This document shows, piece by piece, positions 36,876 through 46,415 of a stretch of 64,000 nucleotides of DNA. The stretch is from a virus. The notes beneath the pieces were generated by a model. It was not told the DNA's origin and did not search any database. It saw only the letters and a list, made by a program, of their open reading frames with translations. The position numbers were made by a program, and so were the translations under genes. Numbering within the stretch: the first letter of the stretch is position 1; every line of letters starts with the position of its first letter. The stretch lies in IMG/VR virus record IMGVR_UViG_3300023184_008416, positions 97,916-161,915 of that record; one strand, 5' to 3'.

Positions 36876-36902
36876 GCTGATATTTATTAGTGGATTTCAA
36901 TA

Positions 36903-37460
36903 ATGAAAACATTGATGCTTGACTCAACGTGGCGTCCCATCAATTTCGTGAAACAGCACAGAGCTGTCATTATGTTGCTTGCTGGGAAAGTGGAATTGAT
37001 TACAGCTTGGGACGGTGAGGCAATCACTTCTCCGTCTTACAGTATGGAAGTTCCTGCTGTGATTCGTTTGAAACACTATGTGGGTGGTCGATTTGGACGT
37101 CCGAGGTTTAGAAGAAAAATTTTATTTACCCGTGATTCATGGTCTTGTCAATACTGTGCTGCAAAATTAGGTTGGAAGAATATTACAATTGATCACGTGA
37201 TTCCTAGATGTTCTGGTGGTAAAACTACATGGGAAAATTGCGTTGCTGCATGCTGGTCATGTAATGAAAAGAAAGGCAAAAAATCATTAAAAGAGGCGGG
37301 AATGAAATTACTGTCTCAACCCAAAGAACCAAAACCACAACATTTCTGGAATCTATATGATCACATAGATCATGACAGATGGCACCCAGAGTGGTCTGTG
37401 TTTTTAAAGACCGATCCAATCACAGTTGATGTTTTAAAAGATTATTTAGAAAATCCTTGA
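36903..37460 (+). CDS. HNH endonuclease
   Basis: RD..SCQYC, TIDHVIPR..GG.T.WEN.V.AC..CN..K; late-type motif upstream. Confidence 0.9.
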   Translation: MKTLMLDSTWRPINFVKQHRAVIMLLAGKVELITAWDGEAITSPSYSMEVPAVIRLKHYVGGRFGRPRFRRKILFTRDSWSCQYCAAKLGWKNITIDHVIPRCSGGKTTWENCVAACWSCNEKKGKKSLKEAGMKLLSQPKEPKPQHFWNLYDHIDHDRWHPEWSVFLKTDPITVDVLKDYLENP

Positions 37461-37516
37461 TCATAAAATCTTTATAAAATACAACTGAAAGACTATTTAG
37501 TACCTAGGAGTCTCAC

Positions 37517-38608
37517 ATGAGTCTTAAAGTTAGCCAATTACAAGAAATAGCGACTGGTATTAAGAAACAACAAACTTTGCTTGAAACTCTTAAGTCCGAA
37601 GTTTCTCACGTTTTGGGCCAACACATCTCTATTTCGCAAGGTTTAGAAGAGGCCTGTTACCAAGTCAATGATATCCTTGACGCCATGAAAATTAAGGGTG
37701 ATTTAACAGAGGTTCAATTTAAGACGTCCCTAGGCAAGAAATTGTTAGAATCACAATCGTCTGAGGCTCGAAGACTTGCTACTAGAACTTTGCCACGAAA
37801 TTTAATCACGAATCTTCGTTTTGATTCAGACAGATCTGTCAGAATTGAGGCCTGTCGCAGGCTTCCCAAAGATCTAGTTTTTGAAGTCGCAGAAAATTAT
37901 CCACGCGATTTTGAGCTAAAGTATATTGCCGAACAGAAAAAGAAAGAAGCAGACTCTCACCTTCACATGTATGATGAGAAGAGATTAGGTTCTGCCGCAA
38001 AACCCGAATTTCAATCAGAACTTAGTGATGTCTGGTATCGTGATATCGCAGCTAAATTTTTGCAAGATTATGGAACAAACATTGAGTACCAATGGGAAGA
38101 AATTCTGATCAATCGTTTTGTCGCGAGCTTAAAAGATTCAACAAGAGTTTTGGTCGACAAACAACGTCTTTATGATTCTTTGATGGAACTCATTAAAGAA
38201 AAAGAAGATAATGCGCTTCTCAAGGATGAGCAAAAGCACATTAGAAAATTAGTCAAGATGCGTGAAAACCGTGAAATTGAAGACGTTTCAGATACTTTCA
38301 ATTCTCTTTTGCGATCAGAAGCATCACAAGCGCAGTTTGTTTCAATGGTCAACGAGGCATTCAAAGTAAAAAAATCTTCACTGCCACCTGGAATTAGAAA
38401 ATATGCATCGTCTCCAGAAAACGTCCAACTCCCAACTAAGGCGACAATTCCAGGAGGGAAAATAACCTCTTTGGTCGAAAGAGTTCTTGATACCTATGTT
38501 TCCAAATGGAATGAATATCAAGCTCTAAAGGGTGAACCTATCAAAATTTCTTGGTATGAAGATCCCTCTGGAGAAGGTAAGGTTGGATTTAGCGCGGAGC
38601 TACGATAA
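37517..38608 (+). CDS. Hypothetical late protein (363 aa)
   Basis: AGGAG SD; CTATTTAG motif upstream; LKVSQLQEI leader. Confidence 0.6.
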   Translation: MSLKVSQLQEIATGIKKQQTLLETLKSEVSHVLGQHISISQGLEEACYQVNDILDAMKIKGDLTEVQFKTSLGKKLLESQSSEARRLATRTLPRNLITNLRFDSDRSVRIEACRRLPKDLVFEVAENYPRDFELKYIAEQKKKEADSHLHMYDEKRLGSAAKPEFQSELSDVWYRDIAAKFLQDYGTNIEYQWEEILINRFVASLKDSTRVLVDKQRLYDSLMELIKEKEDNALLKDEQKHIRKLVKMRENREIEDVSDTFNSLLRSEASQAQFVSMVNEAFKVKKSSLPPGIRKYASSPENVQLPTKATIPGGKITSLVERVLDTYVSKWNEYQALKGEPIKISWYEDPSGEGKVGFSAELR

Positions 38609-38609
38609 A

Positions 38610-39149
38610 ATGGGATACTACGATAACATGAAGGTGTCACGCCCCACCCTGGCTTTGGTAGAAGCGATGTTGGCGTCTTCAAATGAACCTTATTTTCAGC
38701 TTCATGTAGTGCTTTCTTTTTTGAGATATCTTTACTTGTTGCACCAGACAAATCACTGGACTGCGAGCGGTGATCCTTATTACGGAGATCACCTTCTTTT
38801 TGAAAGATTATATACTGCAACTGTTGAAGAAATTGACGCTATAGGAGAAAAGGCTGTTGGATTAGGATCTCCACATCTGGTTAATTTAGACAGTCAATTA
38901 AAATCAGTTATGCTTATACAAGAGTCAAATCATCGCCACTATGTCATCCCGCGACCTGATGAGTTAGTCGATTCATCGTTGGTTGCTGAGGCTACGTTTC
39001 TTTGTTCCATGAAGTTAATTTGCGATTCGCTGAAATCTGACGGTCTCATGACGCACGGCCTAGATAATTTACTAGCCGGCATAGAAGACAAACACGAGGG
39101 TTCCCTCTATTTGCTAAAGCAAAGAGCACAATCAACTTTCATGGTTTGA
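38610..39149 (+). CDS. Dps/ferritin-like protein
   Basis: HQTNHWTASGDPYYGDHLLFERLY...EIDAIGEK, GLDNLL...D.HE...YLL. Confidence 0.8.
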   Translation: MGYYDNMKVSRPTLALVEAMLASSNEPYFQLHVVLSFLRYLYLLHQTNHWTASGDPYYGDHLLFERLYTATVEEIDAIGEKAVGLGSPHLVNLDSQLKSVMLIQESNHRHYVIPRPDELVDSSLVAEATFLCSMKLICDSLKSDGLMTHGLDNLLAGIEDKHEGSLYLLKQRAQSTFMV

Positions 39150-39177
39150 AGAACCAAAATATAAAGTAGTAAAAACT

Positions 39178-39210
39178 GAAGCCCCTGAGGTTATTTTCTC
39201 AGGGGCTTCT
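39178..39210. terminator. Bidirectional terminator between convergent genes
   Basis: GAAGCCCCTGAG / CTCAGGGGCTTC 12-bp perfect stem. Confidence 0.8.
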
Positions 39211-39223
39211 TATATTCAACAAT

Positions 39224-39783
39224 TCAATTCTTTTTTGAAGGCCACTTGCCAGTAGCCTGTTTTATTCTTTTTGCTACAAGACCTTCTGGGCTTTTGACTT
39301 TAATACCCTTGTCTTTTACCTTTTTTACTTTTCCTGCAAAAGTTTTTGCATCTAAACCTTTTAGGAAATTTTTTGCTGATTGTTTCTCTCCGGTTTTTTT
39401 GCTGTTTTCTTCTTTTTACCTTCGGAAAGTGCGTGCGAGTATCCACAATTTTCGCAAACATCTTCATACATGGTACCGCCACATTCTGAACAACCAACAC
39501 CTTCAGAATAACCACATTCATCACAAACATCTTCATCCATCATTCCACCACATTCAGGGCAACCTAATGCATTATTATATCCACAAATCTGGCAATCATC
39601 ACCCAATAATTGGGTTCCACACTCTGGACACCCACCCATACACGCCTGGCAAGTACCGCAGTTACAAACTTCAACCGCAGGCATTTCTAATTCAGCTCGT
39701 ACATCTGGAACACCGTTAAAAGTAGGCATATCTCCTGCGTGAGATCCCCAGGTTGCTATCATTTCACGTAATGCATTTTTCAT
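39224..39783 (-). CDS. Multi-Zn-ribbon protein with basic C-terminus; -1 frameshift at A7 run (39394-39400)
   Basis: Repeated CxxCG modules; the zero frame stops at 39361, while the -1 frame continues TGEKQSAKNFLKG...KSPEGLVAKRIKQATGKWPSKKN* to just before the terminator. Confidence 0.65.
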
Positions 39784-39837
39784 GTGAATTAATTATCCTG
39801 TACTTTAAGACAAATCTGAATAAGTTATAAAAAACTA

Positions 39838-40794
39838 ATGCGTCATATACTCATCACAGGTTCAGCTGGATTTTTAGGCAGCCATCTTGTTTTGCACCAT
39901 GTTTCGCAGGGTGATCGAGTTTATGGGGTTGACAACTATTCTTCATCAAAACCCTTGTCGCCACATCACAGAAAAATTATCAAAGAATGTGGCGACAAAT
40001 ATCTCTTCTCTGTCGCTGATATTTCAAATCCAGAATTTCCAAGATTGTTCAAGGACATTTCTCTGGATGTCATTTATAATTTTGCATGCCCTGCGTCTCC
40101 ACCACGTTATCAAAACATTCCCATTGAAACAATGATGACTTGTGTTGCTGGAACACGAAACGTTTTAGCAACTGCTCGACACAAGACAACAGTTGTTCAC
40201 GCATCAACTTCGGAAGTTTACGGAGATCCTCAGGTTTCGCCCCAGACAGAAACTTATCGTGGTCAGGTCAATTCCTATGGTCCTAGATCTTGTTACGACG
40301 AAGGAAAACGTGCGGCAGAAGCACTGTGTTATGATTACCGTCACAAACACGGAATTGATGCAAGACTTGTCAGAATTTTTAATACCTACGGTCCACATAT
40401 GGACATTGAAGATGGTCGAGTGGTCACCAATTTTATTGGCCAAGCGTTGAGAGGCGAATCATTGACAATTTATGGTGACGGCTTACAAACACGTTCCTTT
40501 TGTTACGTTGACGATTTAATTCGAGGAATTACTGCACTGGCACAACTACCAGAAAATCCCGGAACCCCTGTTAACGTAGGAAATCCAAATGAATTTACAA
40601 TAGAGGAATTGGCTCTGAAGATACAAAAAATTTTTGGATCTAAAATTGAAAATCGTCCTTTACCGGTGGATGATCCCATGCAACGTAGGCCTGATATTTC
40701 AGTCGCTAAAAAGTTATTCAATTGGGAACCGGTCGTTCAATTAGACGAAGGCCTATATAAGACTATAGAATATTTCAAAAGTATCAACGTTTAA
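39838..40794 (+). CDS. UDP-glucuronate decarboxylase (UDP-xylose synthase)
   Basis: GSAGFLG, ACPASP, STSEVYGDP, RSCYDEGKR, RIFNTYGP, DGRVV.NF, DDP.QR.PDI are UXS-diagnostic. Confidence 0.9.
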   Translation: MRHILITGSAGFLGSHLVLHHVSQGDRVYGVDNYSSSKPLSPHHRKIIKECGDKYLFSVADISNPEFPRLFKDISLDVIYNFACPASPPRYQNIPIETMMTCVAGTRNVLATARHKTTVVHASTSEVYGDPQVSPQTETYRGQVNSYGPRSCYDEGKRAAEALCYDYRHKHGIDARLVRIFNTYGPHMDIEDGRVVTNFIGQALRGESLTIYGDGLQTRSFCYVDDLIRGITALAQLPENPGTPVNVGNPNEFTIEELALKIQKIFGSKIENRPLPVDDPMQRRPDISVAKKLFNWEPVVQLDEGLYKTIEYFKSINV

Positions 40795-40795
40795 T

Positions 40796-41116
40796 ATGTC
40801 AGAACTTATAATCTCCTTGCTTCTTTATTTGACTGCGCTTTTGGTAGGTTTCCTAATTGGAAGAACCACAGCACCAGTTACTGGTTCAAGAACGCAAAAC
40901 AGTGAATCAGAAGTTTCAAATATCGACGCAAAAGGTTCTTTCTTTAAACCTGAAAAACGTGAAAAAAAAGTTGTGAAAATAGATGATTCTACTTTTGTCA
41001 CCAACGTATCCTCAGATTCGTTAGAGAAAAAAGGAAATGATCTAGGGACTGAGTCATCAGTAGAAGATGACGTAGGATCGTCAGTATCTAAACTTGCACA
41101 ATTAAAGAAAAAATAA
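40796..41116 (+). CDS. N-terminally membrane-anchored small protein
   Basis: Hydrophobic LIISLLLYLTALLVGFLIG, disordered linker, C-terminal helix DDVGSSVSKLAQLKKK. Confidence 0.7.
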   Translation: MSELIISLLLYLTALLVGFLIGRTTAPVTGSRTQNSESEVSNIDAKGSFFKPEKREKKVVKIDDSTFVTNVSSDSLEKKGNDLGTESSVEDDVGSSVSKLAQLKKK

Positions 41117-41141
41117 ATTCGAAGGAAACAGGAGAAAAAAC

Positions 41142-42146
41142 ATGGCTAAAGGTCTCGACGTCGGAACATCATTCATCGTCCTCGCATCCGAGGGCGTCAA
41201 AGGTAAAGTCAACTATAAAGATTTTAGAGATGCATTCTATGTCATCAAACCAACAACGCCCATCGCAACCAAAATGATTGAAAAAGGTCTTACCGGAAAA
41301 GTCTTCGTCAAAGACGCTGACGGATCCTTCATCATCCTCGGCAAAGACGCTATTGAAAAAGCAGTTGAACGTAACGATTCCGCAAAACGTCCTATGTTTA
41401 AAGGAGTCGTTTCGTCCAAGGAAAAGGACGCTCGCCGTATCCTCACTTACATCCTTAAAGAAGTTGTTGGTACCCCTTCAGAACCGGGAGAAAAATTGGT
41501 GTTCTGTGTTCCAGCACAACCAGTCGATCAGGAAGACGATGATTTTGATGTCGGTTATCACGAGGACGTCATTGTTAAACTTCTTTCGGAAGTTGGTTAT
41601 TCAGCCCGAGCCATCAACGAGGCCGAAGCACTTTGCTACTCAGAACTTGATAAAGACGATTATACTGGTGTCGCTCTTTCGTGGGGTGCAGGTATGGTCA
41701 ACGTTTGTGTAATGCTCAACGGTGAACCAGTCGTCACCTTCTCCACAACAAAGTCGGGTGATTGGGTCGATCGCATGGCCTCCGTCGCCACTGGTGAACC
41801 TGACTCTATCGTCCAGGCTGAGAAAGAAAATGGAGACTTCACCGTCGGTGAGCCCAACGAAAATCAAGTCCTCTCTGCCGTGGCTTCATACTACGATCGT
41901 CTTATTGATTATACCACGAAGCAGTTGACAGCCGCGATGGACGGTCACAAATCAATTCCCAAATTCAATGATCCTTTGCCAGTCATCGTAGCCGGTGGTA
42001 CCTCGAAGCCCAAGGGATTTGTGGATCTATTCTCCAAGAAATTAGAGGCAAATGGTTTCCCGTTGCCAGTCAAGGAAGTCCGTCACGCCGCCGATCCGCT
42101 ACATGCCGTGGCTCGTGGTTGTCTCATCGCCGCCCAGGTCATGTAA
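41142..42146 (+). CDS. Actin-like ATPase (MreB/MamK/FtsA superfamily)
   Basis: GLDVGTS (phosphate 1), INEAEA, SWGAGMVN (phosphate 2 variant), IVAGGTS (adenosine), DPLHAVARG (connect 2); strong SD and codon bias. Confidence 0.85.
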   Translation: MAKGLDVGTSFIVLASEGVKGKVNYKDFRDAFYVIKPTTPIATKMIEKGLTGKVFVKDADGSFIILGKDAIEKAVERNDSAKRPMFKGVVSSKEKDARRILTYILKEVVGTPSEPGEKLVFCVPAQPVDQEDDDFDVGYHEDVIVKLLSEVGYSARAINEAEALCYSELDKDDYTGVALSWGAGMVNVCVMLNGEPVVTFSTTKSGDWVDRMASVATGEPDSIVQAEKENGDFTVGEPNENQVLSAVASYYDRLIDYTTKQLTAAMDGHKSIPKFNDPLPVIVAGGTSKPKGFVDLFSKKLEANGFPLPVKEVRHAADPLHAVARGCLIAAQVM

Positions 42147-42175
42147 TCAAACTTGAAAATAACTTAGCTTAGGTC

Positions 42176-42205
42176 AAAAGGCTCCTGGTGACGGGAGCCT
42201 TTTTA
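42176..42205. terminator. Bidirectional Rho-independent terminator
   Basis: AAAAGGCTCC...GGAGCCTTTTT between convergent genes. Confidence 0.85.
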
Positions 42206-42220
42206 TTTGTGATTTTTTGA

Positions 42221-42727
42221 CTAACGACGTCGAGATCCCATCGGCAAAGAAGTTTTTGCAGATGAATCCCATTTTGTTCCGCTACCCATTGCACCGGGTC
42301 CACCTCCAAATGACGTAAAAGTGGATCCACCAAAGTCGGAACCAAAACCTGAACCTCCACCACCCATACCTGCAAACGGATTTTTTCCGTGTGGGTTACT
42401 GGTGATTCCTCTGACTTGTTTAATCGGTTGCAACGGTCTGTATAGAAAACCGTAACTTTCTAATTCTTTAATGACAAGCTTCACTTTCTGAGGATCTGAT
42501 GCCGAGATTTTGTTTTTATATTTTCCGAGACTTGATTTCATCATATTTCGTGCAATCGCATGAGCCTCTGCTGTTGAAAAAGCTGTCTCATCATTTTCTA
42601 ACTTAAATTCTGCAAGAGATTCTGTGGATTGGTATTCAGGTTCATCGACAATTTCTTCGACCTGTTGTTCAACGTTTGCATCTAAGGTTTCTCTTATCAG
42701 GCAACGTAGTAAAGATTTTAAATTCAT
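42221..42727 (-). CDS. Hypothetical late protein with Gly-rich tail
   Basis: LKSLLRCLIRETL leader; ATAGTTA 6 nt upstream of ATG. Confidence 0.65.
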   Translation of the reverse strand: MNLKSLLRCLIRETLDANVEQQVEEIVDEPEYQSTESLAEFKLENDETAFSTAEAHAIARNMMKSSLGKYKNKISASDPQKVKLVIKELESYGFLYRPLQPIKQVRGITSNPHGKNPFAGMGGGGSGFGSDFGGSTFTSFGGGPGAMGSGTKWDSSAKTSLPMGSRRR

Positions 42728-42793
42728 GCCAGATAACTATGGTGAAATTTATGTTGTGTAATGTTACACTTTAAGTTGTTAATATGGTGTTAA

Positions 42794-45700
42794 ATGTCTA
42801 CCAAAATTCCTTCTAGATTTGTTGGCTTACACTGTCACTCAGGCCGCAGTGCCTTTGACGGGATGGGTTCTCCTAACCAACACATTGACTTTGTTCTTAA
42901 GAACGGAATGGATGCGTGGTCACTCACAGATCATGGACACATGAATGGATTTGCTGAGGCTTTTCTTTACGGAGAAAAATTGAAGAAGGCTGGCAAAAAT
43001 TTTAAGCTAATTCCTGGTTGTGAAATTTACGTTCATCCTGATCTCGCCCAATGGCAGAAGGACAAGCTACAACAAGAAGAATTGGCAAAAGCTGCAAAAG
43101 CTGCAAAGGTCGCAGCAAAGAAAGCCAAGGAAGGAATTAAGACAAATATTGATCGTGTTGGAGACGAGGATGATGAAACTGTTTCTATAGAAACCAACAA
43201 CGCACTAACAGTTGAAAATGAAGATGAGACAAAATCTGGAAAAGCTTTCAATCCAGTCAATCGACGTCATCATCTCGTCGTCCTTCCAAAGACGACCAGG
43301 GCACTTCAAAAAATCTTTCATCTCGTTTCCAGGGGTTATCTGGAAGGTTTTTATCGATTTCCTAGAATTGACCTGAAGATGCTTAAGGAGGCATCAAATG
43401 GTGAGAATGACATTCTAATTTCCAGCGCATGTCTTGGTGGTGCACTATCATATGAAGTATTGTCACAATTGCGTTATGTTTCATTTGACAAGATGGACGC
43501 AAGATTGTTGGATGATCCGTCCTTGATGGACAAGGTTCTCGCATCAATTTCAAATACGTATGACAAGTATGCTGACGCCGTAGGCCCACACAACGTGATG
43601 TTGGAATTACAGTTCAATCGACTTCCAGCCCAAGACGTTGTCAACCGGGCATTGATTGAATTTGCTCGTCGAAATTCGTTGACCAAACAGCTTGTCGTCA
43701 CGGCTGACTCTCACTATGCAGGTCCTGACCTCTGGTATCACAGGGAGATGTACAAGAAGTTGGGGTATCTCAACTATTCAGAGTACGGTCCAGATTCCCT
43801 TCCTAAGACAAAGGACTCAATCAAGGCCGACCTTTATCCGAAGAATGCATCCCAAATCTGGGACGAGTATCTTGACGCTAAAAAGAGACAGGATTTTTAC
43901 GCTGATTGTGATGACATCGTGTGTGATGCTGTCGAACGCACTCACGACATTGCCCACAGCGTGATCAGCGACATTAACTTTGACACCAACTATCGTTATC
44001 CAAGCAGCATCATTCCGAAGGGCAAGACGCCTCTACAACAATTAGTACAATTGTGTAAGGCTGGCATGAAGAAACGTGGCCTGGACGAAAAAGAAGAGTA
44101 CATCGAACGCATTAAATTTGAGCTTGGTGTCATCAAGAAGATGGACAACGCTGCGTACTTCGTTACACTTGCTAGGGCACTTGAACTTGCTCGGTCTGTG
44201 TGTTTGCTTGGAGTCGCTCGCGGTTCTTCAGGAGGCTCTTTGGTCGCGTATGTTCTGGAAATTACTGACCTTGATCCCATCAAGTATGAATGTCGCTTCG
44301 ATCGTTTTCTCAACCCGTATCGTGTCGGCGCACCAGATATTGACGTCGACGTCGGCGACCGCGACAAGGTGTTGGATGTCCTCCGAAAGGAATTTGGTTA
44401 CAACAATGTTGTTCCAATTTCAAACTACAACCTCTTCAAGGTGAAGTCTCTCGTCAAGGACGTCTCTAAATTCTATGGTATTCCTTTTGAGGAGGTCAAT
44501 GAGGCGACGAAGACGGTCGAACAGGACGTAAGAAAAGCGACTATGAAACATGGTGACGATAAGAACCTCTTTGTCCTCACATTTGACGATGCGTTGAAGT
44601 ACAGCCCATCATTCAAGGCTTTCATTGACAAACATCCGCACGTAGCAGAATCAATCAACATCCTGTTTAAGGAACAACGCTCACTTGGACGCCATGCGGG
44701 TGGAGTCGTCATTCTGGATGATGCACCAAAGATGATGCCTCTCATCACAAACGCTGGTGAACCTCAGACACCGTGGGTTGAGGGTGTTGGTCAAAAGACT
44801 TTGGAACCTCTTGGGTACATTAAGTACGACCTCCTGGGTCTGGAGACCATGAGATTAATTCAACGAACGATTGAATTGATTCTCCAACGTAAGTGCGGAA
44901 AAAAATATCCAACCTTCTTGGATGTTAAGGAATGGTATGACAAGAACCTTCATCCTGATGTCAACGACTACAACGATCAAAAAGTGTATGAGTACGTGTA
45001 CCATGACGGAAGATTTGCAGGTGTATTCCAATTGACTTCATCAGGTGCTCAACGCTTGTTTAAGGCTGCAAAGCCTAGATCAATTGTTGACATTGCTGTG
45101 TTGACGTCAATTTATCGTCCTGGCCCACTTGCAGCAAACGTCGATAAATTGTATCTTAAGGCACGGCAAGGCGAGAAATTTGAGTGGGGTCATCCACTGT
45201 TTGAAAAAGTTCTTGGCAAGACAGACAACCTACTAATTTTCCAAGAGTCAGTCATGGACCTTGCCGAACATGTCGCTGGATTTCCAAAGGAACAGTGTGA
45301 CAACGTTCGTCGAGCAATCATGAAACGCGACCTTTCAAAGGGTGACTCTGCAAAAGCAGAAGCAAAAAGGATGGAAGACGATTTTGTCAATGGTGCTGTC
45401 AACAACGGAGTTCCTGAGGAGACTGCTAGAAAAGCTTACCAACAAATTCTTTGGTTCGCTGGTTACGGTTTCAACAGGGCCCATGCAGTTGCATATGCAA
45501 TTGACTCATACATGTGTGCATGGTTGTTGACTTACTTTGAGGAGGAATGGTTGTGTGCATACCTCGAATCAATGTCAAACAATCCTGATGACAAGGCCAA
45601 GGCATTCGGCGAGATTCGTGAAATAGGATATCAGCTTGTTCCGATTGACATCAACCACGCCACAAAGACCTGGACAATTTTGCAAGGAAGAAAATTCATG

Positions 45701-46414
45701 CCAAGCCTCCTGTCCGTCAAGGGTGTAGGTGAAGCAGCGATTGAAGAGTTGGTTGCAAACAGACCTTATCAGAACATTGAGGAATTTTTGTGGAATGACG
45801 ACGGAACCTGGAAGCATTCAAAATTTAACAAGAGATCACTAGAATCTCTGATCAAAATAGGTGCTTTTGGTTCTCTTGATGTAGTTGGCTGTGGAAAATT
45901 ATTCTCCAGCTACAAGCAAATGCACCATATCTTGGTCGAAAAGAATGATCAAGTGAAGAAGACTTCCAAGAAGGATCCACACCTGGGACGCAAGAATTTT
46001 TATGAAATGTTGCGAAACACCAGCGACACGGTCGAGTGGAATTCACCTGAAAGGGCAGAGAACTACGTAGAATGTTTTGGTTCAGCTGATGTAACGGCGC
46101 TTGTTGATCCACAAATTTTGACCAAGTTTTCTGAGAAGGGCGTGAGACCCATTGAAGAGATTGAGGTCGGTGAGAAAGACATCTGTTGGTTCTGCGTCCA
46201 GGATGTGACGCCTAAAAAGACAAAGAACGGAAAGTCTTATTTGCTGGTCAGTGCAGTTGGGTTAAGCGGCAAGGCACAAAGGTTGAATGTCTGGGGTTGG
46301 GACAATGTAAGAACTTTTAATGCTTATACATTATGTCTTGCCGAAGTAGAAAGAAACGATTTTGGACATTCCACAACCATGTGGAAATTGAAAGAACTTA
46401 ACACGGAGAATTGA
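42794..46414 (+). CDS. dnaE: DNA polymerase III alpha subunit (family C)
   Basis: PHP motifs LHCHS, TDHG, SACLGG, DSHY; RGS..GSLVAY, PDIDVD, HAGG, K.D.LGL, RPGP, YGFNRAHA.AY. Confidence 0.96.
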   Translation: MSTKIPSRFVGLHCHSGRSAFDGMGSPNQHIDFVLKNGMDAWSLTDHGHMNGFAEAFLYGEKLKKAGKNFKLIPGCEIYVHPDLAQWQKDKLQQEELAKAAKAAKVAAKKAKEGIKTNIDRVGDEDDETVSIETNNALTVENEDETKSGKAFNPVNRRHHLVVLPKTTRALQKIFHLVSRGYLEGFYRFPRIDLKMLKEASNGENDILISSACLGGALSYEVLSQLRYVSFDKMDARLLDDPSLMDKVLASISNTYDKYADAVGPHNVMLELQFNRLPAQDVVNRALIEFARRNSLTKQLVVTADSHYAGPDLWYHREMYKKLGYLNYSEYGPDSLPKTKDSIKADLYPKNASQIWDEYLDAKKRQDFYADCDDIVCDAVERTHDIAHSVISDINFDTNYRYPSSIIPKGKTPLQQLVQLCKAGMKKRGLDEKEEYIERIKFELGVIKKMDNAAYFVTLARALELARSVCLLGVARGSSGGSLVAYVLEITDLDPIKYECRFDRFLNPYRVGAPDIDVDVGDRDKVLDVLRKEFGYNNVVPISNYNLFKVKSLVKDVSKFYGIPFEEVNEATKTVEQDVRKATMKHGDDKNLFVLTFDDALKYSPSFKAFIDKHPHVAESINILFKEQRSLGRHAGGVVILDDAPKMMPLITNAGEPQTPWVEGVGQKTLEPLGYIKYDLLGLETMRLIQRTIELILQRKCGKKYPTFLDVKEWYDKNLHPDVNDYNDQKVYEYVYHDGRFAGVFQLTSSGAQRLFKAAKPRSIVDIAVLTSIYRPGPLAANVDKLYLKARQGEKFEWGHPLFEKVLGKTDNLLIFQESVMDLAEHVAGFPKEQCDNVRRAIMKRDLSKGDSAKAEAKRMEDDFVNGAVNNGVPEETARKAYQQILWFAGYGFNRAHAVAYAIDSYMCAWLLTYFEEEWLCAYLESMSNNPDDKAKAFGEIREIGYQLVPIDINHATKTWTILQGRKFMPSLLSVKGVGEAAIEELVANRPYQNIEEFLWNDDGTWKHSKFNKRSLESLIKIGAFGSLDVVGCGKLFSSYKQMHHILVEKNDQVKKTSKKDPHLGRKNFYEMLRNTSDTVEWNSPERAENYVECFGSADVTALVDPQILTKFSEKGVRPIEEIEVGEKDICWFCVQDVTPKKTKNGKSYLLVSAVGLSGKAQRLNVWGWDNVRTFNAYTLCLAEVERNDFGHSTTMWKLKELNTEN

Positions 46415-46415
46415 A

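Noticed and set aside
39246-39719. His-rich plus-strand ORF (157 aa)
   Set aside because: It is the antisense shadow of the Cys-rich minus-strand gene and starts right after a terminator.
41142-42146. PhuZ tubulin or nucleus-forming phage system
   Set aside because: The motifs are actin-fold with no tubulin GGGTGSG signature; no shell protein or multisubunit RNA polymerase is recognisable in this window.
23452-46414. Inteins in RecA, NrdJ or DnaE
   Set aside because: Lengths and motif spacing are normal and no C...HN-(C/S/T) blocks were seen; the Lys/Ala-rich insert in the DnaE PHP domain is a short low-complexity loop.
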